A DNA stretch of 63,045 nt, filler included, from Craspedostauros australis (lineage: Eukaryota): NCBI GenBank assembly GCA_030167865.1. It is 13 parts of 13 records of this genome, joined end to end, with 100 filler letters (N's around TTAATTAATTAA, not from the genome) between each part and the next. Parts side by side here need not be neighbours in the genome. Positions count along the whole stretch, not along the records: positions 48,117 to 49,479 come from JALAGF010000476.1; positions 49,580 to 52,018 come from JALAGF010000478.1; positions 52,119 to 55,319 come from JALAGF010000481.1; positions 55,420 to 57,169 come from JALAGF010000482.1; positions 57,270 to 58,693 come from JALAGF010000483.1; positions 58,794 to 61,941 come from JALAGF010000486.1; 7 more parts are not named here. The stretch is one strand, 5' to 3'. Shown one piece after another: positions 48,363-59,039 of the stretch (positions are counted from its first letter, which is position 1; every line of letters begins with the position of its first letter). A program made the position numbers and the translations under genes. The notes below the pieces were generated by a model. The model was not told where the DNA came from, did no database searches, and was given only the letters and a program-made list of their open reading frames with translations.

Positions 48363-49022
48363 TTAGCGTGCGCTAATACAGAGCTTAGTGTCCTCCTTCG
48401 CTATCGACAACAACGCAGTGGTCACACTTTCGTCGTTCTTGATCTTGTCAAAGCGTTCCTGCGCCACCTGCAACGTCACAGGCTGTGGAGGGCTTGTACC
48501 ATTGCATCCAAAGATGCTCTTGACCATCTTGCGCTTCCCCTCAGCGAGAGCATCAACCATCGAGACGAAATCCGCGCATGTGCCTGTTGCACCATCGCAC
48601 AATACACTATCCGTGATGGAATTGAACGTTGATTTGTCATCACCCAGTATTAAGAGACATCCTACGGTGAGGGATGCTGGGGCGAGAGTTGGGACAGAGC
48701 TTGGCATATCTGACGGCAAGTCCGACGGAATGGCGGACGGCTGTTGGGAGGGCTGTGCGGACGGCATGTCAGATGGTTGAGTGGATGGGAGTGCGGACGG
48801 CTGTGAGCTTGATGACGGCATGTCAGATGGTGGGGTGGATGGGAGTGCGGACGGCTGTTGGGAGGGCTGCGTGGATGGCACCTCGGACAGGGCTTGCGAC
48901 GGCTCGTCGGACGGCTGTTGGGAGGGCTGTGTGGATGGCACCTCAGACGGGAGTTGCGATGGTGTGTTTGACGGGAGTGAGCTTGGGATATCTGACGGCT
49001 CCTCGGACGGAAGGTGGGAGAG
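48363..49022 (-). pseudogene. C-terminal part of a PS-repeat (mucin-like) gene interrupted by LTR family A
   Basis: PSxx repeats (PSTQPSQQPSDEPS) stay open up to the LTR boundary at 49023, followed by a small Cys-containing domain. Confidence 0.7.
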
Positions 49023-49479
49023 TGTTGGAAATCCGGGGTTAGTGTTAGTAAGAACTAATTGGTTGTTAGATCGTACTATTCAGAACTGTGAGCTCATTCT
49101 CTTCAGCTCCTTTGCCTTTCGTTCTCATGTAGCATCTCCTGCAGCAGCATCGTGTTAGACTGTTGTATTCATGCATCTCATCATCATGAATCAACGCTTG
49201 CATGCATGAGATCTCATCCGCAGGCATCCTTGTCATGCACCTTGTCGTGCATATCCTTATTCTACATTCCCTGCGGTACGATTCCACAGTCTTGCGTTTC
49301 GCTCTTGATCTCCTGACACCGAACTCCACGATTGGTGTCATGATTGGTGTCATGGATGATACCCTTTCTGAGTTGTTCTAGTCCCTGGCTGACATGTGCC
49401 ATGATCTCCAGATGGGGTGATCATCAATGTGTCGGTCATCATCTTCCTTCACATGATTTAGATATCGTGGCCTTTTCTT
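49023..49479. mobile_element. LTR family A partial copy (truncated by gap)
   Basis: Starts tgttggaaatccggggttag, matching 11259 onward. Confidence 0.9.
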
Positions 49480-49579
49480 NNNNNNNNNNNNNNNNNNNNN
49501 NNNNNNNNNNNNNNNNNNNNNNNTTAATTAATTAANNNNNNNNNNNNNNNNNNNNNNNNNNNNNNNNNNNNNNNNNNNN

Positions 49580-52018
49580 CGCGTAGATCTTCTCATTGGT
49601 GTACGCATTGACGAATGCGTTGCCGACGTCGCCACATAGCTGTTGCAGGTTGTTTGCATCTGCTATTGCATCAAGGATGCGGACGCTTGTCGACTTGACG
49701 GTTGAAGAGTAGACTCGGATGTTGTCCGCCAGCTCGATGAGATGCCCGCCTGCTACCAAGCGCCCCTTACGTCGCAGATCTTGCTTGACCGCGAATATGA
49801 GTTGGAGTTTTGTGCTCTGGTAGTCTGCTGGTGGTTGGTATGTCGATGGGTGGAATGTGAAGCAGTCGAGTTCGATCAATGCGTCGATCTCTTTCTTCGC
49901 TGCATCTCTCCATTGGTGATCCCCATTGGCTTCATCCAGTTGCAATGCATGCTTCATGTTGCGTGGGACCTCGACACCGTATTGGTATACCGTGGCGAAG
50001 TAGTCTCGTTTTGGCTTCTTCTTGCCTGGACGGATTCGTCTGACGATGATGATGTTGTCGTCGTCATCCATTGTGAATGCTCGAGTCTGCTCGATTCTTC
50101 GGATTCTGCGCCTGATGGCTCGCAGAGCATGTTTCGCCCACTTGAGTAGGACTTGCGATTGTCGATTGTGTCGACCGTTGCGTCGTGGTTCGTTGTCGAT
50201 GATGTACCGTGCTACCATTTCGGGATGGTCTGCTCAAATCACATCGTATCTGAACCATTGCGTTTCAGTGTTGGACCATTTCACGTTGAAGTGCAGATGT
50301 CCGTCTCTGAATGCGTGGCTGAGGATTGATTGGACTGCCAAGTCGTCAGATTTCTCGTTTTCGATCTGGTTTCGGAACAGCTCGTCATGCTCTCTCTCGA
50401 TGAGAGAGGACTCACGCCCCTGAGAGCGGTGCTCCGGAGGATCTGGCATCGCCGTGACTTCGGAGTCATCGGTCTCCTCAGAGATGTTACCCGTGGATGC
50501 GTCGCTGTCGTCATCTGAGATGACGCCATGTGCATTATGTTCCGGCATGTCGCCGTCGTTGGGAATTATGTTGGGTTGACCGAACCATCGGTCAGCCGTG
50601 CCTGCTGGCGTGTTAGTCTCGGATACGCCCCTGACCTCCTGCGTCTCCGGCTCCGGTGGACCCGCCGCCGCCCCTGACTGCACAGCAATCGCGTCGACGG
50701 CCTCGCGGACCTGTCGAGCGAGCTCAGCTGGCAATGTCTTGGTTCTGGCGCGTTCGCCGGACTCGCCGCGCGTAGTGGTGTGGATGATATCGAGTCGAGC
50801 GATGCGGTCGATCTCCGCGTCGGTGATGCGTGGAGGAACGGCGTCTTCGACGACACGCGGCTTGACGATGTTTCGCACAAGCGCAGTGCCCTTCGTGACG
50901 TCGTCTCCTCGTGGTGACCATATAGTGTACGTGAATGGGTCGCCGTGGTTCCATGCGATGCCAAGGAAGTACCCTGGCTTGAATGGATGGTTGGGGAATT
51001 TGGTCATGGGTTCGAAGAACCAGACGGGTTGGAAGAACGTGAAGCGAAACATCGAGATGTCGGGAGTGTTGCCGCGAAGAATCTCAATCGGAGTGCGCCA
51101 TTGGAGGCTCGCCTTCGCCGTGTAATTCCATGTGTCGATCGCGTGTTGCACAGCATAGCACCAGAATGAGAGTGGCGCCGAGGTGGCCCACAGAAGCTGG
51201 TACGCATGCCGCTTGACATTGCCGATCGCCCGTTCTGCGTGGTTCTGGTTCTGATTCATCGGCACCGTGAATTGGTGCTTGATCAGGTAGCGGGATGTGA
51301 CCGCTTTCCATGCCTTGCCCGATTGCACCTGCAAATTGTCTGAAACGAGTAGATCCGGAGCGCCGACGCGGATGATGAAATCCGTGAGCGCCCCTGGCGC
51401 CATGGCCTCGCGGGTCAGTGGCTTCGCCCAGATGAATTTCGATTGGTTGTGCGAGAATAGCTGGAAGCACTTGTAGTGCCTGATGGACTGGACGGTGGAG
51501 AAGAACGTGTCCGTGTCAACTCTGCCGTCGATTCTGTTGGGTTGCAGCACTCCTGCTCGCTGCGCTCGATACTGCCGCGGGATAAGCCTTGACTCTGCCT
51601 CGATCGGAGTATCCGCCAGCTGAGTGGATGCCGCCATTGTTTTCTCCACCACGTGTGGTGGAAGGTGCCGGAAGATTCGCGTGAAATCGACCCGACCTGT
51701 GTTGCGTCGTAGGCGCTGATGTCTGTCGCATATGATGATATGCCGTGCCGTCGCCATCTTGTGGGCTGTCGGCTTTCTGATGGGAATTCGGAGCGTGTTG
51801 CCTTCATGGTTCTCCAGTGGTATGCTGATTTCGTCCGATGAGACCCGCTGCTGTCCCTGATGTTCNNNNNNNNNNNNNNNNNNNNNNNNNNNNNNNNNGC
51901 GCATATGATGTGTGTTAAACAGTGATTCCGTCTGCTGTGGATGCTTGTCGAGAGCCACGTAGTTCGCTTTGATGAGGATCACGCCGCCTGATGGGGGCTC
52001 GTATGCTGCCACCGCGTC
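49580..52018 (-). mobile_element. Diatom-type Copia pol fragment: integrase - chromodomain-like segment - RT; one in-frame stop at 50234
   Basis: INT DTDTFFS, VSDN, QNHAERAIG; RT YGVEVPRN, WRDAAKKEI, KQDLRRKGRLVAGGH, YSSTV, GDVGNAF. Confidence 0.92.
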
Positions 52019-52118
52019 NNNNNNNNNNNNNNNNNNNNNNNNNNNNNNNNNNNNNNNNNNNNTTAATTAATTAANNNNNNNNNNNNNNNNNNNNNNNNNN
52101 NNNNNNNNNNNNNNNNNN

Positions 52119-52758
52119 ATGTGTGGAAGAATGCGTTATGGTTCGCGAAGAGCGTGATGAGAGCCGTGATGGCCACAATAGACGCGTAGAGGTAGCCTTC
52201 GGCTCGTGAGAGGTTGCCTTCGAAGTATTCGACGAGCTGTCCCAGCGCCAGCGATTGGCCAATCCTGGCCACGGAGAGCGTGAGCATCATCGGCTGCACG
52301 AACCACATCTTGGCCAACGCGAGCTTGAGGATTGCCATCTTGAGATTGGGCGATCGACCAGCGGCAGCCGCAAGCCGTTGCTCCTGTGCCCACAGATCGT
52401 TCATCATTCGGAGGTTGAACTCGGACGTCTCCTTCTCCGCCAGATGAGGAAGATCAATCTCCTTCAGGTCCTGGTTCTGCAACCCCTTGTTGAGCAAAGG
52501 CATCACCCACGAGAAGGTGAGCCGCGTCCACAAGGAAGAGTTTTCCAGCAGATTCCGCGGTCGCTGCTCAGTTGCGGCATCGCTGTTGCGAGGATGGGTC
52601 TGTGTGTGAGTGTCAGCGTGGATGTCAGCGTGGGTGTTTGTATGGATGTTCACATGGATGTTTGCATTTGCAGTTGAACGTGTTTGGGCACCGGTTGGAC
52701 TGCTTTCTTCGTTGATTCCGCCATCACGCATGGGTTCGCCACCACCGTCTTCTGACAT
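52119..52758 (-). CDS. ABC transporter subfamily C (MRP-like), N-terminal fragment truncated by gap
   Basis: SSLWTRLTFSWVMPLLNKG...LKEIDLPHL lasso motif followed by TM helices (GQSLALGQLVEYF, EGYLYA). Confidence 0.85.
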
Positions 52759-53454
52759 CTCGAAGATCAGGTGCAGTGATTTGCCTTGACACTCTGGTGC
52801 TGTCTGCTCTGTCGATTTGTTTGGTCCGTTTGTATTGCTCGTTGCTTGCAAGGTTGTGTACCATGTGAGCAATAAGACGTCAAGGTTGGCATCTGCAATT
52901 GAGTGCTCCTTCTCTGCCTCTCTGGGTGTGAGCAAGCTTTTCTTTCCCTCTATCTATCTATCTCTCTCTCTTCTCTCTTTTATGAGCTCCGCTGGTGCTA
53001 CTCGGTCTCACGATGCACAAGAATGGCTTGGGCAGTTCGTGCCCTCTCCTGAACGCGAAGACTTTCGATGGGTGGCTCGATTTGTGTGATCGGCAAGGTT
53101 GATGACCATTTTTGTGCACAGCCCATGCATCCATGCATGCTGGCGCCATGGTGTGCCTCCCGTCTCTTCGTTGATTGCATCAGGGGTCTTTGTGGTGTGG
53201 GCAGGAAGCATTGAGGATGCGTTGAGTAGTGTTCCTTTGCCGGTTGTTGTTGTTGTTGCTCCCATGCAGTGAATGGGAAGAGAGAGACAATGAATGAACG
53301 AAGAGACGAAGGAGACAAGAAGGGAAAGATGGGGTGGGGACTGTTGGCGAGCGAACATGCAGCAGAGCAAAGCATGGCAAATACAACCAACCATCCAACC
53401 ACCTCCACTCACTTACATAGTAGTACCCTCTTTGTTACCCCCATTGCGATGCCG

Positions 53455-53603
53455 CTCCGCCCTCCAGCTTGGAGGACAAGCTATCACAGGGAATTTGTTT
53501 TTGGGGTTTTGTGTGCCACTCGATGATGTTGTTCATCGAGTGGCGCAGAAAAACCCCAAAACATATTCCCATGGTAGCCTGGCCTCCAGGATGGAGGACG
53601 GAG
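53455..53603. repeat. 149-bp imperfect palindrome (MITE-like foldback)
   Basis: Arms ctccgccctccagcttggagg...gccactcgatga and tcatcgagtggc...cctccaggatggaggacggag around a 6-nt loop tgttgt. Confidence 0.85.
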
Positions 53604-54519
53604 GTGAGGTGTTGACCTGTAGTAGTACATGTGTGTTGTGTGTACTAATGTCATGCTGCATCTTTGAACACATGACTACAACTACACACTAGTGAGAAGC
53701 AGCAGCAGCAACAGCAGCAACAGCAACAACAACAAAAGGCCATGAGACAGACAAGGTGCCAAGAGGGATGTGCGCTCTGTTTGCCCTCCACCCAAACAAG
53801 CGCTTCTCGTCGAGACAGAGGTGACAATGGGTCACAGGCTGTGTGGTCTCTCGCCTTCCCGACTCGCACCACACCAAAGCAGACAAATACGCATCACAGC
53901 AGATCGCGGACAAATGGCGGAAAATAGCGATGACAGATTCGATTGGAGTAGTAGTAGTAGTAGTCGTAGAGTAGAGTAGAGTAGAGCAGAGCAGGCACAA
54001 GTACGCATTGCGCACCACGGCCATTTGGTGTTCGTTAGTCTACGTGCACTCTACCTCCTAGCTTCCTTCGTTCGTCGTTTCCTGTCGTGTTGTGGTGTTC
54101 CAGGACTTCTCGCCAACACCGCGAATTCTGCGACACGGCTCGATCGCTTTTCATGAGCAATGCGTCTCTGCTTCTCACGTTCTTACTCGCGGCTCGTAGA
54201 TTGTACGATCCTCGTACCCAATACCGGCTACTATTATTGCTACTCGTACAAGGTAATGCTCATACGAGTTATGGAGAGATGCGAGAGTCGCTCCACTTTT
54301 TGTCTTGCGCTGTCTTGCCGACTGTCTGCGAATCCTCCCACGAAGAGGTGACACATAAGGCAGAATCGCGCAAAATCATACAGTATTGTTCGCGTGGTGG
54401 AATGTCACACGGTTGGCTAAGCGCATTGCATGCAGTGTTCTCTAGGCATGACGTGCAACATTACGCAGTCAATTCATCATCTAACAGTACCGTGCACTCA
54501 GATAGACAGAGAGAAACAG

Positions 54520-54523
<4 letters not shown>

Positions 54524-54553
<30 letters not shown>
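54524..54553. repeat. (GA)n microsatellite
   Basis: Read directly from the sequence. Confidence 0.9.
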
Positions 54554-54554
<1 letters not shown>

Positions 54555-55419
54555 AGTTCACAGAACTCCTCTCTACGACCTATTATAATGTATATCCTCC
54601 GTTTCTGTTGATGTGCCTGCTTCGTTTTGGCCTGTGTTGTGTGGATGAGTGACAGTAGTTGCAAACATGACAATCTCCGCGAGCGTTCGTTGCGTTCCTT
54701 GCTCGGATCGAGGTGGAGCGGCACCAATAAAGCACGGTACAGACAGGTTGTTTTTCCTCTTTCTGCCACAGCCATCACACTGCCGTGGACGTCTGTCGCA
54801 TGTGCGGACAGAAACCAGCTCTTGCCGAAATGGGCGTCGCGTCGTCACAACATGGAACAGGTGACATGACCGCAACACCGACACCGGCGTCAAGATCAGA
54901 ACACGACTACACCTAACGCACAATGAGAAATGCAAGACACCGTGACGCAGAGCAGTTGATGGAAGGAGACCCCAGAGAGTATCACAGAGACGGAACTCGT
55001 CGCCCGCTGTTGCCCTGCTGTTCGTGCTGTTTCTGCCGCTCTGTCGCTCTGTCGCTAATAGTGACGGGATGTGAGAACAAGAACGAGCCAAACTGTCATT
55101 CCGCCAAACACTTCATCGCAACGTACACCACAAGTTTCCTCCCTTTGTCCTGTCTCTTCCGGTCATGTGCCATGTGTCATGTGTCTTCCTTCGCAACACT
55201 CATGCGCGAGGCGAGATACCGCACGAGTGCATGTAACGTGAAATGCAATCACTGTGACAGTGTCCGAGGACAAGTACGAGTACCTTGTTCGTATCTTCCC
55301 ACAGCCAAATCGCACCGCANNNNNNNNNNNNNNNNNNNNNNNNNNNNNNNNNNNNNNNNNNNNTTAATTAATTAANNNNNNNNNNNNNNNNNNNNNNNNN
55401 NNNNNNNNNNNNNNNNNNN

Positions 55420-57169
55420 CTGGAGTTTCTTTCTCAAGAACAAAAGTGATCAACCAGGGTACATCAAACGGTTCGTTCAAACGATCAAGTCACAGACTGG
55501 TGAACAACAGATCATCTTCCGAGGAGACAACAGCGGAGAGAACAAGTCCACGCAGGATATTCTCATCGATGCAGGACTCAACGTGAAATTCGAATTCACG
55601 GCATCGAACACNCCGCAACAGAACGGCAGAGTNGAACGCAAGTTCGCGTACCTCTANACCAAGATCCGCTCCATGCTCAACGGAGCACAACTCGACGAAG
55701 AGTATAGGCATGGCCTGTGGGCAGCAGCTGCAAGCACTGCCACCGCCATTGCCAATATCACTGTAGCGAAGAACCAGAAAGAGTCACCACATCGCAAATT
55801 CTTCGGCAACGATCCACCATATGCGGATGCACTCCGTACGTTTGGAGAGGTGGGTGTTGTGAAGACTACCTACGGCGGGATCACCGCCAAACTCAAGAAC
55901 AGAGGAGAAGAGATGGTGTTCATCAGATATGCACACCAACACGCATCAGGGGTCTACAACATGTACAGACCATCGACCAAGTCACTCATCTGTTCACGGG
56001 ACATCAAGTGGCTCGACCAATCATATGGACAGTTCCGTGGCTGGGCACCAGCACCGAACATGTCTAACGAAACAGGAACAACGGACGCAGACGGCTTCAC
56101 AACCATCGGACGGAAGGGAGCAACGCCAAGGACGGCAACGCGTCAAACATCGGAAGCGAAGAGAGTATCTTTCGCTGACAGCAACAGATACTACATCCTA
56201 TCAGACAGCGATGATGAGGATAATGAAGACGACGGAATAGTGACTCAACTAATCCAAAATAACGAGAAGGATCGGAGCGAATCCAATCATGAGGATGACG
56301 AAATCCTACCCTCCGGCAACGAAGCCGATGATGAGACAGGTGTCACCCCTCCGAATACACCAGCGAGGTCTACACATGACACACCATCCAGACCTCCACC
56401 AAGCAAACCAAGCAAGCGTGATATAGCTAGAAAGGAGAGGATCCGACGTCACGAAGCACNAGGCAGGAAGGGAGAAGCTAATCCCAAGTCAACTGCAGGG
56501 AAGAGTATTCCCAGAGCTCTGCGNGAGCTCGCAGACTTCAACGAACGAGGTCGAAAGGAAGAAGGCTATGAGAGCGATCCATCATCCAATGAGGCGAGCG
56601 ACGAACTCAGCGACGAGATGATCGACGATTCCAATAACGAAACTACAGATGACGAAGAAATCGAAGACAAAGACGAAGAGATCGAGATCACTCACCATAG
56701 CACAACTGGATTATACGGGATGAATGCAATCATCACCGAGAGACCAGCGATCGACATCGGATTGTCGATGCAGGACGAGAACAAGGAACCAGAGAAGCAC
56801 ATCGAACCAACGACATTCGATGGAGTGTTCAACCACCCAGATCCCATCCACCAAAAGGGATATCGAGCAGCCATCAAAAAGGAATTTGACTCCGTGGATA
56901 CACGCAAGGTGTACAGCAAGATCAAACGAGACACCATCCCACGTGGTCGCAGATGCTGCAAATGCAAATGGGTCTTCAAGCTGAAACGCGATGGTACACA
57001 TCGAGCACGACTCGTTGCATGTGGCTATTCACAAGTTGCAGGAGTAGACTTCCAAGAGCACTACTCACCTGTCATCCATGACGTAACCTATCGGGTCATG
57101 ATGGTGATCATGCTAATCAAGAAGATGGACTGCGCACTCGTCGATGTTGTAACGGCATTCCTACATGGA
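55420..57169 (+). mobile_element. Copia integrase - RT fragment
   Basis: RGDNSGEN, PQQNGR.ERKF, LRTFGEVGVV; EPTTF, CKWVFKLKRDG, RARLVACGYSQ, VDVVTAFLHG. Confidence 0.93.
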
Positions 57170-57699
57170 NNNNNNNNNNNNNNNNNNNNNNNNNNNNNNN
57201 NNNNNNNNNNNNNTTAATTAATTAANNNNNNNNNNNNNNNNNNNNNNNNNNNNNNNNNNNNNNNNNNNNAATGACGACAACATGTTTGCGACAATTGCAG
57301 TGTTGCTCTTCTCCGCTCGCACTTGGGCTTGTTCCTTGACAACGGAATAGTGGCGTGCGCTATTTGCATCCAAGCAATGGAGCAACATCTGACATTCGTG
57401 TTCGTTTCAGCAGAGCATCACAGGTCTGGAGGACAGCGTGCAATGATTCTTGTATGGAAGCATGCATTTGTTTCCGCCACAAGCATAAATGTCATTCGCA
57501 AACTGGTTGGTCATGATGCATCAACAAACGCGATTATCGATGTGCTCCAACAGTGTGCGACGGACCTGCGCCGGTGTGCAATTTGCTGTCCATGTGTCGC
57601 CCCGCGCGTCTGATCGCTGCGTCATTGCACATGGAAAGTGGATGCGCAAGCGCAGCCAAANTGCACGTGCAGCGGATGTCCGGCGGACGTGCAACGCAT

Positions 57700-58414
57700 G
57701 TGCATTGCAGTTGTGCGCACTGCACATGGACTTCGACTGCACATGCGCATGTACATGCACTTCGGCTGCACTGTACTGTACTGCACTGCACATGCACATG
57801 CACTTGCACTTTCCGAGCACATGCACTTCACATGCAGATTAACACGCACTTTTCATGCACATGCACTTCACATGCAGATGCACTTTTCATGCACATGCAC
57901 TTTCCGCACACATGCACTTCACATGCAGATGCACACGCACTTTTCATGCACATGCACTGCACTGCACATGCACTTCGACTGCGCATGCACTTCGACTGCG
58001 CGTGCACATGCACATGCACTGCACTGCACTGCACTGCACATGCACTTTTCCAGCGCCTGCATTTTCCCTGCTCGTGCGCATGCACTGCACTTCGACTGAA
58101 CATGCACATGCACATGCACTGCACTTTTCCAGCGCCTGCATTTTCCCTGCTCATGCACATGCACATGCACTGCACTTTTCCTGCGCCTGCATTTTCCCTG
58201 CTCGTGCGCATGCACTGCACTTCGACTGCGCTTTTCCTTGCGCCTGCATTTTCCCTGCGCATGCACTGCACCTGCACATGCACTGCACTGCACTGCACTT
58301 TTCCTGCACATGCATTTTCCCTGCGCATGCATTTTCCCCTGTGCATGCATTTTCCCCTGTGCATGCATTTTCCCCTGTGCATGCATTTTCCCCTGCGCAT
58401 GCATTTTCCCTGCA
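57700..58414. repeat. TGCA/CATG-rich compound minisatellite ending in an 18-bp unit array (gcattttcccctgtgcat)
   Basis: Units tgcac, tgcaca, tgcacttcgac and tgcattttccc read directly from the sequence. Confidence 0.9.
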
Positions 58415-58793
58415 CAACCACAATTCCCAAGACATAACTACGACATGATTCGGTCCTCACTGAGACATAAATCATATTCTATTTCTAGTCAATACTGCAT
58501 AGACTAACATCATTGATCACACGAAAGAATCATACCAAAGAAGAAAAGGATGATTTAATGCAATTGAGGCGTTATCTATTTCCCCAATACACTAGTATGG
58601 ACCTTATTCCTCTGTTGTTTGTTGCTAATTAGTACTAAAATTAAAGTGGAAGTGATGCTGTGATGGCCAAGAGGCAGGATCGTGTTCATGTCCNNNNNNN
58701 NNNNNNNNNNNNNNNNNNNNNNNNNNNNNNNNNNNNNTTAATTAATTAANNNNNNNNNNNNNNNNNNNNNNNNNNNNNNNNNNNNNNNNNNNN

Positions 58794-59039
58794 GGAATGC
58801 CTTCGGATATGCACGACGATGTGCATGACAAGGATGCCTGCGGATGAGGCCTCATGCATGCAAGCGATGATCCATGATGATGAGATGCATGAATGCAACA
58901 GTCTAACGAGATGCTGCTGCAGGAGATGCTACATGAGAAACGAAAGGCAAAGGAGCTGAAGAGAATGAGCTCACAGTTCTGAATAGTACGATCTAACAAC
59001 GAATTAGTTCTTACTAACACTAACCCCGGATTTCCAACA
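58794..59039. mobile_element. LTR family A partial copy, inverted
   Basis: Ends ctaaccccggatttccaaca, the reverse complement of the 11259/49023 terminus. Confidence 0.9.

Noticed and set aside
53600..55319. Several 60-170 aa ORFs
   Set aside because: No motifs, microsatellite-derived content and no codon bias; treated as intergenic
57553..58507. Cys/His-rich ORFs in several frames (metallothionein-like)
   Set aside because: By-product of a stop-poor TGCA satellite open in most frames
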